Shown here: piece after piece, positions 20,238-30,470 of the stretch
How the letters are laid out: every line of letters starts with the position of its first letter
How positions within the stretch are numbered: the first letter of the stretch is position 1
Source: Dehalococcoidia bacterium
GTDB lineage: Bacteria > Chloroflexota > Dehalococcoidia > Lucifugimonadales > JADFKI01
Assembly (NCBI GenBank): GCA_965242555.1
Contig: CBDESO010000010.1
Location: 37,026-101,025, forward strand
DNA length: 64,000 nucleotides
Direction: 5' to 3'
Notes under the pieces: generated by a model
Told to the model about the DNA's origin: nothing
Database searches by the model: none
Seen by the model: only the letters and a program-made list of their open reading frames with translations
Position numbers and translations under genes: made by a program

Positions 20238-20827
20238 TGACTACCCAATCAACACCCAGGCCCGCCCCGCGCATGCTGGACAAAATCCGCTCCGAAATCA
20301 GCCCGGTTATGATGCAGGAATTCGGCTACACCAGCCCGATGCAAGTGCCGCAGCTCGCCAAAATCACCCTCAACATAGGGCTTGGCGAGGCGCTCACAAA
20401 CGCCCGCGCGATGGAGGCCGCCACCCGCGATCTCACCGCCATATCAGGCCAAAAGCCCGTCACGACCCGCGCCCGCAAATCCATCGCCGGATTCAAAATC
20501 CGCGAGGGCATGCCCATCGGCGTCAGCGTAACCCTGCGCGGCAGGCGCATGTACGAATTCGCCGACCGGCTCATCAGCTCAGCCCTCCCACGCATCCGCG
20601 ACTTTCAGGGCGTATCACGCAACGCATTCGACGGCAGGGGCAATTACTCCCTGGGCATCCGCGAGCAAGTCATATTCCCCGAAATAGACTACAACTCCAT
20701 AGACAGAATGCGCGGCTTGCAAGTGGTAATCGTTACCACCGCCCGCTCCGACGCCGAAGGCCTGCGCCTCCTGGAACTTATGGGCATGCCCTTCACCCGC
20801 CCCGACTCCGCCCGCCGCGTGGCGTAG
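20237..20827 (+). CDS. rplE: 50S ribosomal protein L5
   Basis: ATG 20237 overlaps the rplX stop by 1 nt. [42 protein letters not shown]. Confidence 0.95.
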   Translation: MTTQSTPRPAPRMLDKIRSEISPVMMQEFGYTSPMQVPQLAKITLNIGLGEALTNARAMEAATRDLTAISGQKPVTTRARKSIAGFKIREGMPIGVSVTLRGRRMYEFADRLISSALPRIRDFQGVSRNAFDGRGNYSLGIREQVIFPEIDYNSIDRMRGLQVVIVTTARSDAEGLRLLELMGMPFTRPDSARRVA

Positions 20828-20929
20828 CATCCCTATATCAAGAGAGCAAACGCCCGCGCCAATGCAAGCCAACAACGCAAAACAGAGCGCAACGCAAATA
20901 GCGCGGCAAGAACATATAAGGAAAGACAA

Positions 20930-21235
20930 ATGGCAAAAGAGGCATCCATAGCCAAGAACGAAAGACGCAAGCGAGTAGTGGCGAAATACGCCGCCCAACG
21001 CGCCGAACTGCGCGCCATCGCCCGCGATATGTCCCGCCCGCAAGAAGAGCGCGCCCAAGCCCGCGAGGCGCTCGCCCTGCTGCCCAGAGACGCCAACCCC
21101 AACCGCCTCCGCAACCGCGATCTCACCACAGGCAGGCCGCGCGGCTACATCCGCCACTTCGGCCTCTCACGCATCACATTCCGCGAATTGGCGCTCAAAG
21201 GCCACCTGCCCGGCGTCCGAAAAGCCAGCTGGTAA
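20930..21235 (+). CDS. rpsN: 30S ribosomal protein S14 (long, zinc-free type)
   Basis: 101 aa, [56 protein letters not shown]. No CxxC pairs. Confidence 0.95.
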   Translation: MAKEASIAKNERRKRVVAKYAAQRAELRAIARDMSRPQEERAQAREALALLPRDANPNRLRNRDLTTGRPRGYIRHFGLSRITFRELALKGHLPGVRKASW

Positions 21236-21293
21236 CCCAATCGCCAATCCAACCGCAACGCAACGCCAAGCGCCGAGAAAGACTGAGGAAACT

Positions 21294-21695
21294 ATGCCGG
21301 TCACAGACCCCATAGCGGATATGCTAACCCGCATCCGCAACGCCATTATGGTCAAGCACGACTCCGTGCCCGTCCCTATGTCCAAAATGAAAGTGTCCAT
21401 CGCCGAAATTCTCAAAAGCGAGGGCTTCATTGAGGGATACAGCGTTCACCGGCGCGGCACGCCCAAAGCCAACATCCGCATCTTCCTGCACTACCGCGAC
21501 GGCGACCGCCCCTCCATCAGCGGCCTCAAGCGCGTCAGCAAGCCCGGCCTCCGCGTCTATGTCAAAAACGGCGAAATACCCCGGCCATACGGCGGCCTAG
21601 GCGTCGCCATCCTGTCCACATCCAAAGGCGTCATGACCGGCCAGCAAGCCTGGCGCGAGCGCATCGGCGGCGAACTGCTCTGCTACGTCTGGTAG
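21294..21695 (+). CDS. rpsH: 30S ribosomal protein S8
   Basis: [40 protein letters not shown]. Confidence 0.97.
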   Translation: MPVTDPIADMLTRIRNAIMVKHDSVPVPMSKMKVSIAEILKSEGFIEGYSVHRRGTPKANIRIFLHYRDGDRPSISGLKRVSKPGLRVYVKNGEIPRPYGGLGVAILSTSKGVMTGQQAWRERIGGELLCYVW

Positions 21696-21743
21696 CCCGC
21701 CGCTTAATCCCGCCCAAAATCCCCGCAAGGAGCGCAATCTAAA

Positions 21744-22286
21744 ATGTCCAGAATAGGCAACCAGCCGGTACCCCTGCCGTCAGGCGTTGACATTGACATA
21801 CAAGGCAGCGATGTCACCGTCACCGGCTCGCGCGGCGTGCTGGCGTACTCGTTCCACCCCGATATGGCGATAGCCCGCGAAAACGGCGCGGTCACCGTCA
21901 GCCGCCCATCCGACGAAACCCACCACCGCGCGCTGCACGGCCTCACCCGCAGCCTGCTCGCCAATATGGTCACCGGCGTCCACGACGGCTTCAGCAAAAG
22001 CCTGGAACTCGTCGGCGTAGGCTACCGCGTCCAGCAAACCGGCGCCGGCATCACCCTCAACGTGATGTTCAGCCATCCGGTGGAAATCCAACCCCCCGAC
22101 GGCGTCGCCCTAGAAGTTGAGGGCAACAACCGCATCCACGTGCGCGGCATTGACAAACAAAAAGTTGGGCAGCTCGCCGCGCAAATACGCAAAGTCCGCC
22201 CCCCAAACATCTACACGGGCAAAGGCATCCGATACCTCGGCGAACAAGTCCGCCTCAAGCCCGGCAAATCCGCCAGGAGAGCTTAA
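21744..22286 (+). CDS. rplF: 50S ribosomal protein L6
   Basis: MSRIGNQPVPLPSGV, LVGVGYRV, PPNIYTGKGIRY. Confidence 0.96.
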   Translation: MSRIGNQPVPLPSGVDIDIQGSDVTVTGSRGVLAYSFHPDMAIARENGAVTVSRPSDETHHRALHGLTRSLLANMVTGVHDGFSKSLELVGVGYRVQQTGAGITLNVMFSHPVEIQPPDGVALEVEGNNRIHVRGIDKQKVGQLAAQIRKVRPPNIYTGKGIRYLGEQVRLKPGKSARRA

Positions 22287-22655
22287 ATGGCGCAAGTCCG
22301 CACCAAAAAAGGCAGAAGAGTTATGCGGCACATCCGCGTCCGCCAAAAAGTCAGCGGCGCGGCGAACCGCCCGCGGCTCTCTGTCTATCGCAGCCTAAAC
22401 CACATCTACGCGCAAGTCATTGACGACGACAAGGGCGTAACCCTAGCCGCCGCCTCAAGCCTTGAGAAAGCGGTCAACAACCGGCGCGCCGACAATCCCA
22501 AAACCCATATCGCCACCCTAGTCGGCGAACTCATCGGCAAGCGCGCCCAAGACAAAGGCGTCGGCAGCGTCGTGTTCGACCGCGGCGGCTACCGCTATCA
22601 CGGCCGCGTCAAAGCCCTCGCCGACGCCGCCCGCAAGCAAGGCCTGGAGTTTTAG
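22287..22655 (+). CDS. rplR: 50S ribosomal protein L18
   Basis: [41 protein letters not shown]. Confidence 0.96.
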   Translation: MAQVRTKKGRRVMRHIRVRQKVSGAANRPRLSVYRSLNHIYAQVIDDDKGVTLAAASSLEKAVNNRRADNPKTHIATLVGELIGKRAQDKGVGSVVFDRGGYRYHGRVKALADAARKQGLEF

Positions 22656-23546
22656 ATGACTACCCAACAGCCACGCAACAATCGCAACGACCGCAATAAC
22701 CGAAACGATCGCAGCGACCGCAATAACCGAAACGATCGCAGCGACCGCAACAACCGGCCGGGCGACGAACCCGACGACTCTCAGCTCACAGAGCGCGTCG
22801 TCAAAATATCCCGCGTCGCCAAAGTCGTCAAAGGCGGCAGACACCTGCGCTTTAACGCCGTCGTAGTCGTCGGCGATATGGACGGACACGTCGGCATCGG
22901 CATGGGCAAAGCCGACGCCGTCCCCGACGCCGTCCGCAAAGGATCGGCAGACGCCCGCAAAAACGTCATCGAAATCGCCCGCGACGGCAGCACCATCCCC
23001 CACGACGTCCTATCCAAATACATCGGCTCGGTCGTGATGCTCAAGCCCGCCAAGCCCGGCACCGGCGTCATCGCCGGCGGCGCCGTCCGCGCCGTAGTGG
23101 AACTCGCCGGCATCCAAGACATCATGACCAAAGTCCGCCGCAGCACAAACCCCGTCAACGTCGTCAAAGCCACCTTCAACGGCTTGCGCGATATGAGAGA
23201 CCTATCGCAAGAATTCGAGCGCCGCAAGCAACTCGTGGAATACGGCAAGCAGCGCGACCGCGAGCGCCAAGAACGCGCCCGCGCGCGCCAAGCCCGCCGC
23301 CAAGCCCAGCAAGCCGCCGCCGCCCAGCGCCGCGCCGCGGCAGCCGCCCAGGCAGAGCAAGCCGCCGCCGCTCCCGTTGCGCCCACAGCAGCGCCTACGC
23401 CTGCGCCTGCGGCCGCGCCCGTTGCCACGCCTGCGCCGGCCGCTCCCGTTGCGCCGACAGCAACGCCGGCCCCCGCGCCTGCTCCCGTTGCGCCTGCCGC
23501 TCCCACGCCGGCGCCCGCGCCCGATCCCAACAACGCCCCCAACTAA
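22656..23546 (+). CDS. rpsE: 30S ribosomal protein S5 with repeat-containing N-terminus and about 110-aa Ala/Pro-rich C-terminal extension
   Basis: Core ERVVKISRVAKVVKGGRHLRFNAVVVVGD...GIGMGKA. 296 aa versus my recollection of about 170 for typical S5. Confidence 0.93.
   Translation: MTTQQPRNNRNDRNNRNDRSDRNNRNDRSDRNNRPGDEPDDSQLTERVVKISRVAKVVKGGRHLRFNAVVVVGDMDGHVGIGMGKADAVPDAVRKGSADARKNVIEIARDGSTIPHDVLSKYIGSVVMLKPAKPGTGVIAGGAVRAVVELAGIQDIMTKVRRSTNPVNVVKATFNGLRDMRDLSQEFERRKQLVEYGKQRDRERQERARARQARRQAQQAAAAQRRAAAAAQAEQAAAAPVAPTAAPTPAPAAAPVATPAPAAPVAPTATPAPAPAPVAPAAPTPAPAPDPNNAPN
22689..22742 (+). repeat. perfect 27-bp tandem duplication inside the rpsE 5' region
   Basis: GACCGCAATAACCGAAACGATCGCAGC twice (22689-22715, 22716-22742), with a partial third unit to about 22756. 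Encodes DRNNRNDRS repeats. Confidence 0.85.
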
Positions 23547-23558
23547 GGAACAACTCCA

Positions 23559-23750
23559 ATGCCAAACAAAATCGCCGTCACTTGGAAAGTCAGCGCAATC
23601 GGCTACAAGCGCGACCAGCGCCAAACCATCCAAGCGCTCGGCCTACGCAAACTCAACCAAACCGTCATACACAACGACACCCCCTCCATCAGAGGCATGG
23701 TCTTCAAAGTCAAACACCTTGTCACCGTCGCCGACGTAGAGGAGGATTAG
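23559..23750 (+). CDS. rpmD: 50S ribosomal protein L30
   Basis: 63 aa, [33 protein letters not shown]. Confidence 0.93.
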   Translation: MPNKIAVTWKVSAIGYKRDQRQTIQALGLRKLNQTVIHNDTPSIRGMVFKVKHLVTVADVEED

Positions 23751-23839
23751 GATTAACTTACGCGATTAACCCGCGCGGCTAACGCCCGCCCATAAGCCAA
23801 TATCACCCGCAAATCAGCATTACCACAGGACGCAACGCA

Positions 23840-24283
23840 ATGCAGCAACACCAACTCAAACCGCCCGCAGGCGCGCGCAAGCCCCGCCGCCGAGTCGGCA
23901 GAGGCGACAGCAGCGGCTACGGCAGCTTCGCCGGACGCGGCATGAAAGGCCAAAAATCCCGCAGCGGCGGCAACCTGCGCCCCAATTTCGAGGGCGGCCA
24001 GCTCCCCCTGTCCAAAAAGCTCCCATTCGTGCGCGGCTTTACCAACATATTCCGCGCCGAATACAGCGTGGTCAACATCGCCGCCCTAGCCAAATTCGCC
24101 CCCGACTCCAACGTCGATCCCGCCGCCCTAAACGGCGCCGGCATCCTCCGAAACCTCAACAAACCCGTCAAAGTGCTGGGTCGCGGCGAAATTGACATCC
24201 CCCTCAACGTCGCCGCCCACAAGTTCTCCGCCTCCGCGCGCCAAAAAATCCAAGCCGCCGGCGGCACAATCACGGAGCTTTAA
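23840..24283 (+). CDS. rplO: 50S ribosomal protein L15
   Basis: [36 protein letters not shown]. Confidence 0.95.
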   Translation: MQQHQLKPPAGARKPRRRVGRGDSSGYGSFAGRGMKGQKSRSGGNLRPNFEGGQLPLSKKLPFVRGFTNIFRAEYSVVNIAALAKFAPDSNVDPAALNGAGILRNLNKPVKVLGRGEIDIPLNVAAHKFSASARQKIQAAGGTITEL

Positions 24284-24285
24284 CG

Positions 24286-25623
24286 ATGCGCCAAACCCAG
24301 GCAGCGCGAAATCAGGAAGTCTCTCGCCCGCAACTCGTCCAATCTATGATTGACGCCATGCGCGTGCCGGATCTGCGCGGCAAAATCCTGTTCACCCTCG
24401 CCATGCTCGTAGTCTTCCGGTTCGTCGCACACGTCCCCGTCCCCGGCGTCGATCCGCAAGCGCTCGCCCAAGCCTTCGAGCAAAGCCAGCTGCTCGGCTT
24501 TCTTGACCTGTTCAGCGGCGGCGCGCTCGCCAATCTCAGTGTCGCCGCGCTCGGCGTCTATCCCTACATCACCGCCTCCATCGTGATGCAAATACTCGTC
24601 CCCGTAATCCCAAGCCTCAAAGCGCTGTCCCAAGAGGGCGAGTTCGGCCGCCAGCGCATCAACCAGTACACGCACTACCTCTCAGTGCCAATCGCCACCC
24701 TGCAATCCTGGGGGCAGCTCACCCTGCTCCAGCAAGCGGGCGTCCTGCCCTTCATAGACTTCGGCTTTAACCTGCCCACCCTCGCTATGGTAGCGTCTAT
24801 GGTCGCAGGCACGATGTTCCTAGTCTGGCTCGGCGAACTCATCACCGAGCGCGGCTTGGGCAACGGCATATCCCTCATCATATTCGGCGGCATCGTAGCC
24901 CGCTTTCCCCAAGTCGTAGGGCAAGGCTTGCTTGAAAGCGACCAAGCCGCGGGCTTGCTGCTGCTCGGCATATTCGCCTTCGTGGTCATCTACTTCATCG
25001 TGATGTTCACCGAGGCGCAGCGCCGCGTCCCCGTCCAATACGGCCGCAGCGTCTTTCGCGGCGGCAGAATGCAGCGCCAATCCGGCGCCACATTCCTCCC
25101 CCTCCGCGTCAACTCAGCCGGGATGATCCCGCTCATATTCGCGTTCTCAATCGTCATACTCCCCGGCACTATCGCCAGCTACTTCAGCGACCCGCTAAGC
25201 GACGGGTTCGGCGCAAGATTCGCGCGCCTAATGGCAGACTCGCTTGACCCCACCAGTTTCGGCTACTGGGCTTTCGTGTTCGTCCTCGTGCTGATATTCA
25301 CCTTCTTCTACACGATGGTGACCTTCCAGCAGCAAGACCTCGCCGGCAACCTCCAGCGAAACGGCGGCTTTATCCCCGGCATTCGCCCCGGAAAGCCCAC
25401 CAACGACTACCTAACCCGCGTCTTAATACGCATCACATGGGGCGGCGCGATATTCCTGGGCATCGTAGCCATACTCCCCTTCTTCATAACCCAAGCCACC
25501 GACGTGCGCTCTCTTACCCTCAGCAGCACCAGCCTGCTGATTATGGTCGGCGTCGCGCTAGACACTATGCGCCAACTCGAGGCGCAACTGCTTATGCGTA
25601 ACTACGAGGGCTTTATCCGATAA
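24286..25623 (+). CDS. secY: preprotein translocase subunit SecY
   Basis: 445 aa, multi-[53 protein letters not shown]. Confidence 0.95.
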   Translation: MRQTQAARNQEVSRPQLVQSMIDAMRVPDLRGKILFTLAMLVVFRFVAHVPVPGVDPQALAQAFEQSQLLGFLDLFSGGALANLSVAALGVYPYITASIVMQILVPVIPSLKALSQEGEFGRQRINQYTHYLSVPIATLQSWGQLTLLQQAGVLPFIDFGFNLPTLAMVASMVAGTMFLVWLGELITERGLGNGISLIIFGGIVARFPQVVGQGLLESDQAAGLLLLGIFAFVVIYFIVMFTEAQRRVPVQYGRSVFRGGRMQRQSGATFLPLRVNSAGMIPLIFAFSIVILPGTIASYFSDPLSDGFGARFARLMADSLDPTSFGYWAFVFVLVLIFTFFYTMVTFQQQDLAGNLQRNGGFIPGIRPGKPTNDYLTRVLIRITWGGAIFLGIVAILPFFITQATDVRSLTLSSTSLLIMVGVALDTMRQLEAQLLMRNYEGFIR

Positions 25624-25727
25624 CCCCGCGTTAGGCGCGCCCACAAAGCGCGCCAAACGCCAACCGCGCCTTGCGCGCAACGCGCCATCTATAAGAGCGC
25701 CAATCTTGCGAAAGGACACTGCGACAG

Positions 25728-26366
25728 GTGAAAGTCATACTGCTAGGCCCCCCCGGAGCGGGCAAAGGCACCCAAGCCGCGCGCATCGCCGACTCCCTGA
25801 ACGTCACCCGCGCCGCGTCCGGCGACCTCTTCCGCGAAAACCTACGCAACCAAACCGAACTCGGCTTGCTCGCCAAATCCTATATGGACAAAGGCGCGCT
25901 CGTCCCCGACGACGTCACTATCCGCCTGGTTATGTCCTGGATAATCGCCCCCGCCCAAGCAAACGGCTTTGTCCTGGACGGCTTTCCCCGCACCCTAGCC
26001 CAAGCCCAAGCGCTTGACGACCGGCTCGGCGCTGCCGGCCGCCTAGACCGCGCCCTCTACGTCAACGTCCCCGAAGACGAACTAATCAGCCGCCTAGCCG
26101 GCCGCCTTATCTGCCGCGCCTGCCAAACCCCGTATCACGCCACGTCATCCCCGCCCAAATCCCCCGGCGTCTGCGACCTCTGCCCCGGCGAAGTCTATCA
26201 ACGCGACGACGACAAGCCCGACGTCGTCAAAAACCGCCTGCAAGTCTATTTCACCGAAACCCAACCACTCGTCGGCTACTACAAAACCGCCGGCATCCTC
26301 CGCGAAATCAACGGCGCGGGCAGCGTATCAGACGTCGGAGACGCCCTTATCGCCGCCCTAGAATAA
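25728..26366 (+). CDS. adk: adenylate kinase (zinc-lid type)
   Basis: GTG start. GPPGAGKGTQA P-loop, LDGFPRT. Lid CRACQTPYH...CDLCPGEVYQRDDD. Confidence 0.94.
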   Translation: MKVILLGPPGAGKGTQAARIADSLNVTRAASGDLFRENLRNQTELGLLAKSYMDKGALVPDDVTIRLVMSWIIAPAQANGFVLDGFPRTLAQAQALDDRLGAAGRLDRALYVNVPEDELISRLAGRLICRACQTPYHATSSPPKSPGVCDLCPGEVYQRDDDKPDVVKNRLQVYFTETQPLVGYYKTAGILREINGAGSVSDVGDALIAALE

Positions 26367-26455
26367 CCCCGAAATAAACCCGTCCGAAAACAATACGCGC
26401 AACCGCCGCCCAAATCTGATACAATGCTATTTTGGGCTTTTACCTAGCAAAGAAC

Positions 26456-27255
26456 ATGACCATGTCGCAATTCCCCGGCGGGATAACCATAAAATCCAAC
26501 AAAGAACTCGACCATATGCGGCAAGCCGGCAAAGTCGTCGCCGAGGCGAAAGCGCGCGTCCTTGACGCGCTCAAGCCCGGCGTAACCACCGCCGAGCTTG
26601 ACGCCATCGCCGAGCGCGTCATCCGCTCGCACGGCGCTATCCCCTCTTTCAAGGGCTACGCCGCCGGCGGCCCCATACCCTTCCCCGCTACCATCTGCGC
26701 CTCCGTCAACGAAGAAATCGTACACGGCATCCCCGGCGACCGCGTACTCAAAGACGGCGACATCTTCAGCATTGACGTCGGCGCGATAGTCAACGGTTTT
26801 CACGGCGACAGCGCATTCACCGCCGGCGTGGGCAAAATCTCCGAACAAGCCCAGCGCCTAATTGACGCCACCCGCGAATCCCTAAAGCGCGGCGTCGCTC
26901 AAGCCAAGCCCAACGCCCGCATCGGCGACATATCCAACGCCGTACAAACATACGCCGAATCGCAAGGCTACGCGGTCGTCCGCAATACGTCGGACACGGC
27001 ATAGGCAGATCCCTGCACGAAGACCCGCAAGTCCCCAATCACGGCAAGCCCGGACGCGGCCCCCGCCTCAAAAAGGGAATGGCAATCGCCATAGAGCCTA
27101 TGCTCAACATCGGCGGCCACCACACCAAGCAGATGGAAGACGGCTGGACGGTCGTAACCGCCGACGGCAGCCTATCGGCGCACTTCGAAGACACTATCGC
27201 CATCACCCCCAAAGGCCCCGAAACGCTGACCACCCCAAACGGCTACTACTTCTAG
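26456..27255 (+). pseudogene. map: methionine aminopeptidase type I, reading frame broken by an apparent 1-nt deletion near 26986-26990
   Basis: Frame A (to TAG 27002-27004) ends ...[15 protein letters not shown]. The frame one nucleotide back continues (Y)[19 protein letters not shown]...AIEPML...[23 protein letters not shown] to TAG 27253-27255. Together they make a complete MetAP. Confidence 0.85.
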
Positions 27256-27299
27256 CCCACGCCGCATACGGGCATACACACGACTCCAAAGGAGAACGA

Positions 27300-27518
27300 A
27301 TGGCTAAACGCGAGGCAATTGAGGTCGAAGGCACCGTAACCGAATCCCTCCCAAACGCCAGCTTCCGCGTGGAACTCGCCAACGGACACCAAGTCCTAGC
27401 ATACGTCTCAGGCAAAATCCGCCTGAACTTCATCCGCGTATTGCCCGGCGACAAAGTCCTCGTTGAACTATCTCCCTACGACCTCGCCAGGGGCAGAATA
27501 ACCTACCGATTCAAATAA
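27300..27518 (+). CDS. infA: translation initiation factor IF-1
   Basis: 72 aa, [35 protein letters not shown]. Confidence 0.97.
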   Translation: MAKREAIEVEGTVTESLPNASFRVELANGHQVLAYVSGKIRLNFIRVLPGDKVLVELSPYDLARGRITYRFK

Positions 27519-27614
27519 CCCTCGCGCCGCCACACTCAGGACAAGAAAACCAGGATTGCAAAGCCCCCGACAAGAAATCCCCCGACTGAGAGCAGGGACA
27601 AGAGAGGCAACCCT

Positions 27615-27728
27615 ATGAAAGTATCAGCGTCAGTCAAAGCCAGATGCGCCAAATGCCGCGTCATCAAACGCCGCCGCCGCGTTATGATAATCTGCGAAAA
27701 CCCCAAACACAAACAACGACAAGGCTAA
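27615..27728 (+). CDS. rpmJ: 50S ribosomal protein L36
   Basis: Not in the ORF track (37 aa). Hand translation [37 protein letters not shown]. Expected position between infA and rpsM. Confidence 0.92.
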   Translation: MKVSASVKARCAKCRVIKRRRRVMIICENPKHKQRQG

Positions 27729-27802
27729 CGCGCCGCTAATCCCGCGCATCCGAAATACGTGCGCGGCGCACACGCGCAACCTATCTTTATAAGGAGACAC
27801 AA

Positions 27803-28186
27803 ATGGCGATTGTATCCGGCGTCAACATCCCAGACAACAAACGCGTCGAAATCTCCCTACGCAGCATCTACGGCATCGGCCCCTACCAAGCCCGCGACAT
27901 CGTCGAGAAAGCCGGCATCTACGGCAACCCGCGCGTCCGCGACCTAGACGAATCCGACCTCACCCGCATCCGCGAAATCGTCGACCGCGAAAAAATCGTG
28001 GAAGGCGACCTCAAGCGCGAAGTGGATATGAGCGTCCGCCGCCTTATGGACGTCGGCGCCTACCGAGGCCTCCGCCACCGCCGCGGCCTCCCAGTGCGCG
28101 GCCAAAACACCCGCACCAACGCCCGCACCAAGCGCGGCCGACGCCAAGCCGTCGCCGGACGCGGCCAACGCTCCAACACCAAATAA
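27803..28186 (+). CDS. rpsM: 30S ribosomal protein S13
   Basis: VSGVNIPDNKRVEISLRSIYGIG, YRGLRHRRGLPVRGQNTRTNARTKRG. Confidence 0.97.
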   Translation: MAIVSGVNIPDNKRVEISLRSIYGIGPYQARDIVEKAGIYGNPRVRDLDESDLTRIREIVDREKIVEGDLKREVDMSVRRLMDVGAYRGLRHRRGLPVRGQNTRTNARTKRGRRQAVAGRGQRSNTK

Positions 28187-28244
28187 AACCCTAACGCCCA
28201 ACGCAAAAATAACCACACCTTAATCATCACGAAAGGCAACCCAA

Positions 28245-28631
28245 ATGCCGCGAAGACCGCGCACACGCCGCAGAGAACGCAAATCCGTCCCCGTCGGACG
28301 CGCCTACATCCAATCCACTTTCAACAACACCATCATCACCCTCACCGACCCCGAGGGCAACGTCCTCTCGTGGGGCAGCTCCGGCACCGCCGGCTTTCGC
28401 GGCTCGCGCAAATCCACCGCATTCGCCGCACAGCGCGCCGCCGAAGACGCCGCCCGCAAAGGCATCGAAAACGGCCTCCGACAAGTCCAAGTATTCGTCA
28501 GAGGCCCAGGCGCCGGCCGCGAGGCTGCCATCCGAACCCTGCAATCCCAGGGCATATTCGTAACCAGCATCCGCGACGTAACCCCAATCCCCCACAACGG
28601 CACGCGCCCCCGAAAGCGCCGCCGCGTATAA
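28245..28631 (+). CDS. rpsK: 30S ribosomal protein S11
   Basis: [57 protein letters not shown]. Confidence 0.97.
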   Translation: MPRRPRTRRRERKSVPVGRAYIQSTFNNTIITLTDPEGNVLSWGSSGTAGFRGSRKSTAFAAQRAAEDAARKGIENGLRQVQVFVRGPGAGREAAIRTLQSQGIFVTSIRDVTPIPHNGTRPRKRRRV

Positions 28632-28663
28632 ACCCGCGATAATCCCAAAGCACGGACAACGCT

Positions 28664-29623
28664 ATGCAAGCCGCGCAAGCCCCCGCGCAACACTTCAAGC
28701 GCACACCCTTTGAGATCCTCGGAGAATGCTTCGCCATTTTCGGCAAGCGCCTCCGCAGCCTCATCGCGCTCGCCCTAATCGTCCAGCTGCCGCTCGCCGC
28801 AATCGGCATCATCGCCATAGACGAAAACGACCTGCGCCAGCGCCTGCTGTCCCTGCAAGCCAACCTAGCCCCCGCCCAGCAAGCCGAACCCGCCCAAAGC
28901 GGCTTGGCGCAAGCGCCGCCCCAATCCGACGCCGCGCCGGCGACAACCCCAAGCCTAGCCATCTTTGACTTCGGCTTGCTCGCGCGACTAATCGGCTACA
29001 TGGCGACAACCATTATGCTAAACACATTCCTAACCGCCGCCATAGCCCACGCCGTCGGCGCGCACTACGCCGCCGGCGCCATAGACGTCGGCCGCAGCGT
29101 AGGCAGAGCGTTGTGGCGCGCCCTAACCCTATTCGTCATCGGGCTGCTCTCATTCGCCGCCCTCCTGCTGACGCTGCTCGGCTTCGCCCTATTCATAATG
29201 CCCGGCGTGGCGATGCTAGTCCTGCTTGTGTACTGGTCGGTCGCCACCCAAGCCGCCGCCATAGAGGGCTGCAAACCCATAGCCGCCCTAAAGCGCAGCT
29301 TCAGCCTTGTCAGCCGCAACTGGCTGCGAACATTCGCAACCTGGATCCTAGCCCTGCTTGTCATATTCGGCGTCAATGTGCTGATAGGCATCCTAGCGGG
29401 CATGGCAAGCGGCGTCCTGAGCGGCGGCGCGAGCGCGTCGGCCCTGACCGCCGCCGCCAACCTGCTAACCGGCATTATCACCGCCCCCCTAATCGCAATC
29501 GCCGGCGCCCTCATCTACCTAGACCTGCGCGCCCGCAAAGACGACTACAACCCGGCCGCCCTATCGCAAGACCTGGGCATCATCCAGCCAACCCCAACCT
29601 ACAAACCCAACTACGGGCGCTAA
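28664..29623 (+). CDS. polytopic membrane protein, hypothetical
   Basis: 319 aa with about 6 hydrophobic segments (LIALALIVQLPLAAIGIIAI, TLFVIGLLSFAALLLTLLGFALFIMPGVAMLVLLVYW, and others). Inserted between rpsK and rpsD. Confidence 0.7.
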   Translation: MQAAQAPAQHFKRTPFEILGECFAIFGKRLRSLIALALIVQLPLAAIGIIAIDENDLRQRLLSLQANLAPAQQAEPAQSGLAQAPPQSDAAPATTPSLAIFDFGLLARLIGYMATTIMLNTFLTAAIAHAVGAHYAAGAIDVGRSVGRALWRALTLFVIGLLSFAALLLTLLGFALFIMPGVAMLVLLVYWSVATQAAAIEGCKPIAALKRSFSLVSRNWLRTFATWILALLVIFGVNVLIGILAGMASGVLSGGASASALTAAANLLTGIITAPLIAIAGALIYLDLRARKDDYNPAALSQDLGIIQPTPTYKPNYGR

Positions 29624-29730
29624 ACCCAAGACGCCGCAAATCCAAATCAAAACCCGCGACTTCCCCACTGAGAACGCGCAAAAAGACACACGGGGAACAA
29701 ACGAGGACATACGGAGGACAAACCGCAAGA

Positions 29731-30363
29731 ATGGCACGATACACTGACGCAGTATGCCGAAAATGCCGCCGCGTTGGGGAAAAGCTCTTCCTCAAAGGCG
29801 AGCGCTGCTACACCCCCAGATGCGGCGTCGACCGCCGCCGCCGGCCGCCTGGCGACACCATCCCCCGCCGCCGCCGCCAGTCCGACTGGGCGCTCCAACT
29901 CCGCGAAAAGCAGAAGGCGCGCTTTACCTACGGCATACTGGAAAAGCAGTTCCGAAAATACTTCGAAATGGCGCGCGACAACCCCGGCGTCACAGGCGAA
30001 ACACTCGTCCAAATCCTGGAAACCAGGCTGGACAACGTCGTCTATCGCCTATCCTTCGCCGAATCGCGCCAGCACGCCCGCCAACTCGTCAACCACAACC
30101 ACTTCACCGTCAACGGCAAGCGCATGGACATCCCCTCATACCTCGTCAAGCCCGGCGACGTCGTCGCGTGGAAAATCGCAAACCCCGACGCCGTCCCCGA
30201 CTTCATCAAGGACATCACCGACGGCCCCCCCAAGCGCACCGTCCCCATCTGGCTGCGCGTTGACAACGCCAACCGCTCCGGCGAAATGATGGCTATGCCC
30301 GACCCCGCCGAAATCGACGCCGGCTTCGACGTGCGCCTCATCGTGGAATTCTACTCCAAATAG
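29731..30363 (+). CDS. rpsD: 30S ribosomal protein S4
   Basis: MARYTDAVCRKCRRVGEKLFLKGERCYTPRC zinc-ribbon N-terminus, LETRLDNVVYRL, S4 domain. Start ATG 29731 within the longer track ORF. Confidence 0.96.
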   Translation: MARYTDAVCRKCRRVGEKLFLKGERCYTPRCGVDRRRRPPGDTIPRRRRQSDWALQLREKQKARFTYGILEKQFRKYFEMARDNPGVTGETLVQILETRLDNVVYRLSFAESRQHARQLVNHNHFTVNGKRMDIPSYLVKPGDVVAWKIANPDAVPDFIKDITDGPPKRTVPIWLRVDNANRSGEMMAMPDPAEIDAGFDVRLIVEFYSK

Positions 30364-30470
30364 CGCCCAGCGCGCCAAACGCCGCCCGCGCATGCCCGCC
30401 CCGCCGCCGCATGCGCCTGCAGCCAACCGCGCCCGCCCGAACATAGCGCCACCAGCAGGAGACAACCCAT

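Noticed and set aside
26975-27010. Programmed -1 ribosomal frameshift in map.
   Set aside because: There is no slippery heptamer, no obvious downstream pseudoknot, and no precedent known to me for MetAP. An indel (an error or a real pseudogene) is more parsimonious.
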